Assembly (NCBI GenBank): GCA_046563655.1
Contig: CM102285.1
Coordinates: forward strand, 8,742,001-8,806,000
Source: Yuukianura sp. NJ FZ-2021
Taxonomy: Eukaryota
Direction: 5' to 3'
DNA length: 64,000 bases
This document shows positions 52,324 to 64,000 of the stretch, piece by piece. The notes below the pieces were generated by a model. It searched no databases, was not told where the DNA came from, and saw only the letters and a program-made list of their open reading frames with translations. Made by a program: the position numbers and the translations under genes. How positions within the stretch are numbered: the stretch's first letter is position 1; each line of letters starts with the position of its first letter.

Positions 52324-55300
52324 ATGTCTTCAAAACATCGCCGGTAATTTTTTTGCCAAACTAAAAAAAAACGTTATTCAAATTCATCATCAGTTGGTAC
52401 ATCGGTTGGTACTTGAGTTTCACTGGTTCATTTATGCGGTTGGCGTCGCTTTACATGTAGCATCGTCTCTTTGTTTCTTATTAAATTGTGCATTATTTTA
52501 TTTCCGGCATGTTTTAATTAAAGGTAGATTAATCTCCGATTTAATAATTGATTTTTTACTTTTCAGGAATCGTCGGGCGGATCTGCATTCTATTTGGAGT
52601 CTGGGATTTGTGTTAAATCTTTTTTTCTTATACGCTGTTTTCCAAATTTATTTCCAGTCACCTGTTGTGGAAATCCAAAACGCTTTTAGTTCGAATTTCA
52701 CACCACCAAAATATAGCCGTGTACTCTTCTTTGTCTGCGATGGGCTCCGTGCCGATACGTTCTTTAGAAACCCAACAAATCATCCTTACTTGACGTAAGC
52801 GTATTTGTAAAGCGGGCTTGGACAGTGATTCGAGATTTGTCATCCATATTTTTCACTTTAATTTAAATTATGTATTTTGAACTATGTATTTTAAATGCGA
52901 TTAGAGGAACTGATTATTCTGTGACTTCTATTCGACTAGATCGTTGCTTCACATCAATAATTCTGTGTGGGGGATTTCGGACACTCGAGTGCCTACGGAG
53001 TCCAGACCGGGCCATATCGCCTTATTTGCTGGGATTTATGAGGACCCATCGGCAATTTTTACAGGATGGAAAAAGAATTTCGTCGAATTCGACAGCGTGT
53101 TCAACCGATCCATGTATTCAATAGCTCTAGGATCACCAGATATTGTGGACATGTTCGGAGAAGGTGCGTTAAATGTTTTACGAATTTAAATTTTTAAATA
53201 CCTTTGTTTTATTAAGAAATCGTTTTTACTCGTGTTGTTAATTGAATTTAAGGAGCTGGAAAAGGGAAGGTTCACTTTGAAAGTTACCCACCAAGCTGGC
53301 AAGACTTTGTTAAAGAAGACGCTGGAAAATTGGACAATTGGGTTCTTGACAGGTTCAAGCGCTTGGCATCGAAGGGAGGAGGTCTTCCAAGGAACAACGA
53401 ACTTCTAATTTTCTTACATCTACTCGGCGTTGACAATATTGGTCATTCACACAAGCCAGCTTCAAAGTAATACATGAGTGACTTTTTTTTTAAAGAAATC
53501 GTCGTTCTAAGTACAACTGGTGTAACTCCATACCTTTTTTTTAGAGAATACTTGAAGACACTTCAAGGCGTAGATGGGATTGTTAAGGAGGTAGAAAAAA
53601 TTGTTCAAGACTTCTACCGCGATGGTGACACACTTTTCATCTTCACTTCTGATCATGGAATGACTGATTGGGGTACATGAAACACCAGCTTATGCCACTT
53701 TGTGTCTCGCAAGCCGTCATTGAGGTCAAAGATCGAACTTTTAAATTGTTTTCCCCGTAAGGGTAGGTTCACACGGCGCTGGATCTGTAGTGGAAACTGA
53801 AACTCCATTCATTGTTTGGGGAGCAGGAATTAAGTACACGTATTTCATTCTTACACTTGGAAAATAATGGTTAAAGTATTTTCCTACAATAAGTTTGATC
53901 TTCGTTTTGTATTCATTCCATTAGATCCAGTTCGGTACAAATGAGACTGAAACAAGCGGATTTTACCGCTCTTATTGCAGGAGCGCTTGGGATTAAGTTC
54001 CCAACAAATTCAATTGGACGATTTCCTCCTCACATTTGGATCGACAATCAATTCAGTTATCGTGCCGTCGCAGCGAACTTTGAGCAACTTCAAGAGCTTT
54101 TATTTGGAAAGAAAGAACTTGCAGACTGTGGTAAAATTCCGCTAATTCCGTTTTCTGACGAGGATAAAATTCAATCGCTGTTTGATGATGCTCGGGAATT
54201 CGCTAAAATTGAAAACTACAGTGATGCAGTGAGTACGATTTTTAAATAGCTTCAGTATATTTTTTATAACCTGAATATTTCCAAGTACTTTATTTTTCAT
54301 AACCTATTTTAGGTATTGAAACTGGAGGAAGCGATCGACATTGTGTTGGAGGGCATTGTTTATTACGAGCGATACAATGAGCGACTCATGAAGTGTTTGA
54401 TGGTGTATGTCTTTATCATCTGGATTCTCATAATCGCAGTGAAAGTGCTCAGTCCAGACAGTCCGGCATTACAAATCGTTTCCTGGAGCAACTCGGTTGA
54501 CATAAGCGTCTCACTCTTTCTGACGTTTGTTGTTTTGGAATGGCCACCGATGCTAATTCCTTACACGTTTGTGCCAATCTATCTGACTCGGCTTTTGATT
54601 TCCCTGTGCAAGGACCATGGTCCACTTTCATGGAACCCTTTGCACGGTCAACTCGAAGTCATGCGTTGTGTTGGTGTTGGGCTATTGACCGTTGCTGGAA
54701 CAGAAATCATGGTGATGACATTTTACCATCGTGAGTTCATTTCTTTGGGGCTTTTGCTCAATGCAGTTTGGTGCGTTTACGGGCAAGATGGATTGAACTT
54801 TATGCAAAAGCTGCTCTGGATGGGACTTGCTTCCATATTGGCAATTTTTCCAACGATTCCAATCATAGGGCTGGACAAAACACCGCTATTTCTGTAAGTC
54901 CCAAGATTTTTTATACACCAAATCGAACTAATCTTGGTGAACATTGTATAATTTTTAATTGAAATCGACATTACGTGTAATGCATTGTAATTAACTTTCA
55001 ATTACTTGTCATTACAGGACCTTGGCGTCGCTCGCATGCTCGATTCTTGCGATACTATGGATTCAAATATATCGGAGAACAGCGACTATCATAAATCGTC
55101 CAGAAACAAGCGTCCTACTTATCCTGTACGTACAAATCTTCCAAGTAATCGTCGCAGGAATATCCGTCCACTTTCCTGAATTTATCCTAACCAGGATATT
55201 TGCCTGGCTTTCCATTCCTTCCATGTTTCTGCTACCAGTGGCACTTTCCTCACCGATTCTTTCCCTGCAATTCCTTTCAATATTCTTAGCAATATTTAAC

Positions 55301-55984
55301 CCATTTGTTTACCTGACACTCAACGTCGAAGTATTCTTCCTGCCCACCTTATTTGCAACACTCTTCATTCTAGTCAAGATGGAACTTACGACTACTGGAA
55401 CTGGAAAAAACGAACCTTCGGAGTCTTCCTGGAAGCAGTTTATGTTCCGCCGAATTCCTGATTTGAAAACTGGAGGCTCTCCAGATACAAGCATTCTAAA
55501 ATCCTTGAGAGTAGCATGTTTTCAAGTAAGAATGTTTGTCATTTTTATACAACTCGAAGAATTTAGGCAAATATGTTTGATGTTTTTATTTTTGCAGCTC
55601 TGTTTCGTCTACGTATCGTTTTTCGGAATTGGAAATATTGCCAGCATCAGTTCCTTCGATCCAACAGCATCGCGATGCTTCGTGAGCGTGTTCAGTCCAT
55701 TTACAATGATGGGTCTTCTGCTGATCAAGATACTAGGCCCGTTTCTTCTTGTGGCTTGTGCATTTCGCCTTCTGATGACCTCCTGGAAGCAAGTGGAGGT
55801 CAACTTCACGATTGTTCTTTGCCTTTGCCAAATTATGGCTCTTCACATGTTCTTGAACGTAACGAACGTTGGGTCATGGCTGGAAATCGGTACTTCCATT
55901 TCCCATTTTGTGATTGTTCAAGTAACTACCATATTTCTATTTCTCCTGTTTTTTATTGCCAACTTCTTAATTGGTTGGAGATGA
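52324..55984 (+). CDS. PIGN: GPI ethanolamine phosphate transferase 1
   Basis: [119 protein letters not shown]. Confidence 0.95.
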
Positions 55985-56263
55985 GCTTTAAAATAACCTA
56001 ACGTTACAAGTTGGAAATTGTTTTGATTTTAACCGACAAATTAGATTTTACAAACAGAAAAGCATGATTAAAGTGAAATATTGCCGGTGAAAATTACTAA
56101 CTTTTCAGTTTTTGTATTAACTTTTAGTGAATTTTAATCAATTACATTGATATCAGCAGAATATCCAAATCATTCTTAATTGTTGTCAATTTAAGTTATT
56201 TTAGGTAATTCCTTGAGGAAATTGTCAGGCAGATGTGTTTAGGCTTGACTTAAGCGACCTTAA

Positions 56264-57168
56264 GACAGACGCCTGGATGCGGGTAGTATTTCGGAAGGTA
56301 GACATGTGAATAGATCCAATTTGGGGAGTCCTGATGCTGATTCAGAATGAAGGTGCCTTAGATCCTGATTCAGGATCAAGGGCACCAAGGGTCTCTAGGA
56401 ATCCGATTCTCCCACCATCAGAGTTCAATGGACGTGAGATTCTGACTCTGAAAAACGAAGACTAGTTGGGTGAGATAATAGGAATTCGGGGAGACCCTTG
56501 GACCACGAAGGGCCCATGTATTCGGAGCCCTTCTTTATTTCCCAGACTCTCAACGGCTTCTTTTCTTTTGAAATTGAAAGTAGGCTAAGGGCACCTGGCG
56601 AATTTCTTGTTGCAAATGCAACTTTTCTTTCAAGTCCTCCATTCTGCATCCACACCGTCTTACGCACGGGCCCTTATTTTTTCATACGCTGCAACAAAAA
56701 AAGGCAGCCGCCCTGCGTTTTCCTTCAAATTTATTCTAAAATTGAGACAAACTTTGTTCAAAATGACTTTGTTCAACGGATCAACTTTTCTGGAATCAGA
56801 AACAGTGAGTATGATAGGAACGCTTTGATTTTTAAACTTTTACTCCTGGACACGCAAAAAATTTCGCAAAATGAGTTCGGAATTGGCAAATTTTTCGTTT
56901 TTGAAAAACCTTTGCTACAGAATTGACAAATTTAATATCGGTGTACTTTGGCGGCGTTGGATCAACACTTTAGTCAATTAAAGTGATACAATTTTGATGA
57001 CCTTAAGTGACCTAGGACAGTTTCACATTGCAGTTTGCGGGATCTTGAATCTAACATTTTCATTCTCACTGATTTTTTTATCAATGCTTTTTAGTTCAGA
57101 TGTAAGGGAATGTTCATCGATCGGTTGGAGCCGGCTTCAATGCAATGTGCAATACCCGGGCGTCTGTC
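56264..57168. mobile_element. Possible decayed TIR DNA transposon (TTAA-target type)
   Basis: Inverted termini gacagacgcc(t/c)gg flanked by ttaa (56260-63) and ttga (57169-72). Internal 35-bp near-palindrome at 56352-56386. No transposase ORF recognised. Confidence 0.35.
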
Positions 57169-59225
57169 TTGACACGCGTCCAATCCCTCCAATTGAAGGG
57201 AGCCCTTAGAAAGCCTCAATAGGAGCCAGATAGTTTCGGTTCTGCGGAACAAGGAGAATGCAATTATTGTTGAAGGGACGCAAAACTGGATTGGTAGAAG
57301 TGGAGCCTTGCTTCCTCTGCCTGATCAAAATAGGAAGAAAGGCAGGTGAAGTAATGGAGGGATTTCACGGGTACATTCAGTAAATGGAAAGGGAGAGTCC
57401 CTTTGACTTCACAAAGTCTGGAAGGGCCCTCCAAGTTCCATTGAATTCATGAGACAGATTCGCTGGTTTTCATTGTTCAACCTTTGGTTAAGGTGGGAGA
57501 TGCATTCGGAGATAAATGCAATCCAGCATATGCTTTCTATGAAAATTGGCCAGGAAATTCTAACTAGTTTTTCAGCCAATTTCTGGTTCGAAAAAGTGTT
57601 AAACCGGAAGTGCATCCATACTGTGCTGGTTGAAGTTTGGTTGCTTCCTTGCTTCGTGCCTGTTCTTAAGTACTAAATACTCCGTTGTTCAATTTTTTTT
57701 TTGAACTTTGGGGAAAAATTTTGGTTTGGGCTAACAATTCTAGCAGTTTTTTCCTCATTTTTCCAAGAAATTTAAGCATTTGTATTTTTTCAAAACCAAA
57801 AACTATTATGTCCAATGCCAACACAAAATTAGAACAAAGACAGACCTTTTCATATTTTATTCTTAGCTTTTCAGTTTCTAAACTTTAAAAATCACTTTGC
57901 AAGTACATAAGGCTCCTCGAAATTCTGAAAGTCCAAAAAATTTTAAGAAACCAAAAACTTGCTCCAACAGAACAGAAAATCGGTAAAGTTAACGAAATTT
58001 CAGCTCGTGAACCTTTCGGATGAAGTTGGAGTTGGATTTGAGCGTTTTCGGTTTCCAAAAAGAATTTGGTTTATGTTTTAGGGGGACCCTTAGCTTTTTT
58101 GTCAATGTGTGAAGAGGAATGCGTTTGAAAATGAGCTCATCTTTCTAAAAGCTCAAACCTGATTCATCTGTGTAACAAGATTCTAATAGGAAGAAAACAA
58201 AGGGATCCTGGGAACCCTTCGACTATATTTTTTTTAGAATTCTGGAGGGACTTGGGCATCAGAGGAACAGAGACCGAAAAAGTCCCGCCGTTCCACACTC
58301 TTGTCCCTGTGTGGGGCCTTTACATGGTCTTTGTTCCCATGGCTACCCGCGTAAATGCCACAGCATTTCAACCAGCGTCTGCAGCCCTTGACCAGGGGGC
58401 CCTTGAAATAATTTTGCCAAAACCCAACTAACCATTCTTCCCCTGTGAAACTGTGTACAAAACTACCACTTACATTTTGACACTTATTAATAGACGCCCT
58501 TTTTCAAAAAAACTGAAATTCTCGGCCAAGGCCATCAAAAACTTAAAATTTCAAGTGTTTTACGCTAGATTTGGTCTAAAATTTCTTAAATCTGTATCAT
58601 TTGTACTGGAAATATAAGTCAAAACACTTCGGATTTGAGATGTCAACAAGCTCTGTTTGAATGACCCAATTTCCAATTGATGCTGTACTGAGCTTATTAA
58701 GTGTATTTGGGGGTTTAAAGAGTACAAAGTAGCACAAGTAAGTTAAGTGGTTGGTTAGGTGTGATAAAGCGACTTAAGATTATTTTCTCCTAGAAAATCT
58801 AAAAGCTGTCGCTCCTTTTAATAAGCTCAACCACTGCGGTCATCCTGTCCAAAAGTTATTAAATTTGTTCCTTAAAATCTTTGTGGACAAGCAGACAAAG
58901 AAAGTTTAATAAACCCATTTCAACTTGTAGAAAACTTCTGCTGATGTTGGTGCATAATTATCTTTAGCATGCTTAATTAAGTGCGTACTTGAAAAATTGT
59001 TTTGCCTTGGCCTGTAAGGTCAGGGGTCAACTAATTAAGACAAAAGATCATCCTGCAGCGCAACAATTTAATAAATAGCCTGAATCTCGATGTTTCCCGT
59101 CTCCAATTTCTAATCGAGACATTTTTGCATAAAAACTGTATTAAAACTATGTTAAACTATGTTAAAACATTATGTTAAGCTGATGTACATTAGTGTAGGT
59201 GTGGAACTTTGTTAAATTTGCGAAT

Positions 59226-59379
59226 GTTACGCCAATTTCGAATGGGGAGGCGTGTGTCTGGAGGGTGATTTGGCGGGTGAAAGCAGGGTGAAAGTGGGAC
59301 AACAAAGGAGCTTGGGTGTGCTTTGGAAGCGAGGGAGAAAGTCCCGCCGGAGCCAAAAAGTGGGGGTAAGTTTGGCGGG
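59226..59379 (+). promoter_or_regulatory. GC-rich putative Cyclin E promoter/first exon with E2F-like sites
   Basis: TTTGGCGGG at 59269 and 59371, tcccgcc at 59342, acgccaattt at 59229. Strong donor gtaagt at 59366. Lies ~1.2 kb upstream of the CycE ATG. Confidence 0.5.
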
Positions 59380-60530
59380 GCTTGTGGGTTAGAATTCCAT
59401 TCATTCCTAGTGGAAGCCACGTCGTTATGGTGGGAAAAGGACCCGCTCTTCGTGATGGACCATTGTTTTGTTTTGTGGAGGTCTACAGGAATCAGCTGAT
59501 GAGCCAGGGCTTCGACCCCCTCCGTCAATTGGACCCCGCTACAACGAGGGAATCCACAGTCCCAGCCTCCAATTGCACAGGCAAACCTCATCTGACTGCA
59601 CTCCTCAGTCTGTCTCTGTTCGCACTCTCACTCGGTCACTCCAGTTACAGACTTTCCCTCTGCCTCGGACCGCTCAAATCCACCGTTGTGGACACCTTAC
59701 CTCGCCTTCCTCGTCACGTCTGGATCCGGTGGTGACCAAAGGCCAAGTCACACACAACATCACTGACTTTCCTCCGGTACTGGCTGTCTGGCAACTCCAC
59801 AAGGTCATTCAAGGTTTGTATTTTGGCACACTTTTTAGATAATTGTAAGATTTCACATTTGGAGTGACCTGGGTCAAGGACTCTCGCTATGCCTGCGTGA
59901 CCTCTCTCGCTGACGATACCGTGAGAATATTTAGCGAAATATAGAAATCTTAGCTTTGCTGTAAATGTCGGATGACTCCGCAGCCTGCCCGGAAGTAAAG
60001 TATCGTCGTACTTACGACTTTGAAGTAACCCTGACCTCACCCAGGTCGCAAGGACAGAGGATTGAGCACTCGCGTGATAACTGTCTGACCATGACTCATT
60101 CTGTGTCCCTTGATATCTGTCTTGATAGAGATCTCGATCTCGAAATTCATATGCTGACTGATTGACTTTTGGAATGACCTTGGTCAAAGTACATTTAAGG
60201 GCTGGAAATTTTGCTTTTGAGACGCTACGTAAAGCTTGGCGCTGTAACGATTTTTCTTGGACTATTTCGGTTTTTCTTGTCCATACAGCAGTATTAATCG
60301 TTCGATCTTGCAGGGTTAAACGATTTCACCCGGTCCCGAGGAAAATGTAGTTTTGACGTTTAGCGATACTAGACGCTTCTTAGTTTGGAAACGCTGGAGG
60401 CTGGAAACTTGAACGTCATGACTAACGATTTGTTTTGATTTGATTTTTAGGCAGAAGGGAAGTGTAACAACTCTGGAGTGCGGTCACCGATTATAAACTT
60501 GGACCGGAAACTGTACTGTCCGGGCTTAGG

Positions 60531-62317
60531 ATGCTTCTAAACAATACCAGACTAAGCAGCAATGACAATGGAGAAAAATTAGCCGCCAGCAGCACATCCG
60601 TACCGAGCCGTGAACCTTTGAGCAGTAATGCGCCATTTACCAGGAGTTGTCAACAAAAACGGAAAAGTGAACAATTTAGAACTCCAGCAGCTAAGATTAT
60701 AAGACGAAGTGGTGGTGGCGTCGGCGCTAGTAAGAACGGAATCGATGACCCTGTAGACGTAAATACAGAAAACGAAAGACTCCAAGCCGAAGAAGATTCA
60801 CCACGGACTTGTCCACTTCCTCCAGTAAAATTTGCCGATGGATTTGGACTATGGGACCTCATGTGTGAAACAGACAAGAAGTATGTACGAAGTCCGGATC
60901 CATTCCGAAATCATCCTGCGCTGAGTCCCCAGATGAGAGCCATTTTGCTTGACTGGATGATGGACGTTTGTGAAGCGTACAACCTTCACCGAGAGACTTT
61001 GTATTTGTCCATTGACTACCTTGACCGCTATCTTTCCACTGAACAGAATTTGAGAAAAGATCATCTTCAACTGATAGGTGAGCTTGTCTTGTCCTGTTTG
61101 AGGTCACTTGTCCTTGTCCAGCCTTCGAAAAGTTCAACTAATCGATTTGATGTGAATTGCAGGAATCAGTTGCCTCTTTATAGCCTCCAAGGTAGAAGAG
61201 ATATATCCCCCTAAATTGACGACGTTCGCATATGTGACTGATGGAGCCTGTACTGAAGCTGACATTGTTGCCTCCGAGATGTTGATAATGAAGACGCTTA
61301 AATGGAACCTCACACCCATCACACCTTGTAACTGGATCAACGTTTACCTCCAAGTTCTTAGCCATGCTAAAAACAGTCGACCACTGGCAAATGGAACCAG
61401 GACTTCCCCTAGATCCAGATCCCAGATTCAGCTTCATCGTGATATTAAGGCCTCGTTGTCAGTGGAAGGGGAGCCCTTCCTATGGCCACAATATTCGGGA
61501 ACAGAATTTGTCCGGGCACTTCGTATTCTGGATTTGGCTTCACTGGATACCAAATTCCTTTCCTTCAAATATTCCGTTTTAGGAGCAGCCGCAATCCACC
61601 ATATTAAAGGTAAATCTAAAAATTCTAATTCCGAAGATCTAAAAAATCTTCTTCAGAGTTTTTCCAAAATTAGTAGCGAGTTTTTGAAAATTTTCACTGA
61701 TGAGTCAGTTTTGTATCGTGAATTTTATGAGGCTCTGGTAGTTACTTCATGTGATCTTTCTTAACTTTTTTTATTGCTTCTTTGCGTAACCTCTGCTGTT
61801 ATTTCCTGGTCAGTAAGTTTACTGTAATTTTTCTGTTCCGACCAGACAACAAAAGGTGATTTGGATTTTTAAACTAATTTTTACATTTGATTTCCAGGAA
61901 AAGAAGCTGCTTTGGAATGTTCTCGATATTCGTGGGAGGCAATATCCGCATGTGCTAGTTGGTTGGCCCCCTTTGCCCAAGTAGTCAAAAGATCAGACGT
62001 ACCGGAAGTTCTACCATCAATTTCCAACGTGTCGGAGCATGGACGACACTTGATCCAGTCACACTGCGTAACACTGAGCATGTTGGTAAGCTGACACTTA
62101 AAAACTATCCAAATTAATTAATCCGAATTCGTAAATTCATAATTCTAAAGCATTTTGGCTCAATTACTAATCGAAATCTGTTGCTTTCCAGGAAAGAGTT
62201 CAATTTATGCACACGACGACAAATAAGCTGTTAAGTCCACTAACGAATTCGGATGGACTTTTGACTCCGCCAAAAAGCGGAGAAAAACAGACGAGACAAA
62301 AACGCTGGCAACTGTAG
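60531..62317 (+). CDS. CycE: G1/S-specific cyclin E
   Basis: HPALSPQMRAILLDWMMDVCEAYNLHRETLYLSIDYLDRYL; LQLIG|ISCLFIASKVEEIYPPKLTTFAYVTDGAC; WINVYLQ; PQYS; IQSH. C-terminal LLTPPKS Fbw7-type phosphodegron (62258-62278). Confidence 0.95.
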
Positions 62318-62720
62318 CCCAATATTTTTTAACAAATAAGGTGGTAATAATTTTAGTTTCGATGAGTCTGGTGTATTAGGTTTACGTTTACTTGTAATAT
62401 TAATTTATCGTTTTAAGGTTTTAACCTTTATAACAAGCAATACTAATTTCTAATTCATGTACATAGGTTAATTATCAAATGAGGAGAAAAAAAGCATGTC
62501 GGTTCGCACAAGACTCGGAACAGTTTTGAGTGAAGAAGACTTGGAATTCATTTGCTAATCTTTCTTTTGCGGGCAATTTCCATTTTTACCTAAAAAGAAA
62601 AGAGGATGGTGATGACGAGACGAGGGACTTGATTTCTTAGTAACTTCAAATGCAATTAAACAGGCGTAATTAACACAAACTGAGGTGTTGGAATTGTTTC
62701 TGCCTCCGTCTGCATTGACT

Positions 62721-64000
<1,280 letters not shown>

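Noticed and set aside
55526..55597. Apparent extra hydrophobic segment in the PIGN ORF (similar read-through in XKR ~23300-23396 and INTS1 ~30680-30770)
   Set aside because: These are stop-free 3n introns with normal GT/AG ends that the ORF track reads through. There is no evidence of retention.
59162..60350. Overlapping 60-157-aa ORFs upstream of Cyclin E
   Set aside because: No domain similarity was recognised. Such ORFs are expected in locally GC-rich non-coding DNA.

Overview
Gene-dense eukaryotic (metazoan, most likely arthropod) genomic DNA with short GT-AG introns, mostly about 60-100 nt. Fifteen intron-containing protein-coding genes can be reconstructed by hand, in order: kismet/CHD7-9 remodeler (-, 3' end outside the window), a short RNF180-like Zn-binding protein (+), RSPH9 (+), UBR7 (-), an XK-related scramblase (-), Derlin-1 (+), CIB1-like (-), LYRM4/ISD11 (+), INTS1 (-), Su(H)/RBPJ (+), RPL13 (-), a divergent TRPA-family ankyrin channel (+), PIGN (+), Cyclin E (+) and Rab2 (-, 5' end outside the window). 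LYRM4 is absent from the ORF track, and several other exons were also found by reading the sequence. No prokaryotic system, CRISPR array, tRNA or rRNA was seen. The most notable observations are: (1) a CSL/Su(H) protein with an acidic insertion and substitutions at Notch-RAM contact positions; (2) a predicted 6-nt in-frame microexon in kismet; (3) two nested non-autonomous DNA transposons with recognisable TIRs and TSDs (one foldback) inserted into the 5' splice site region of Derlin-1 intron 1; (4) a locally duplicated segment where one copy carries a 43-bp-arm hairpin; (5) a 97-bp head-to-head CIB1/LYRM4 spacer; (6) recurrent nuclear-receptor AGGTCA direct repeats, and E2F-like sites upstream of Cyclin E. 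Gene identities come from motif recognition, not database searches.
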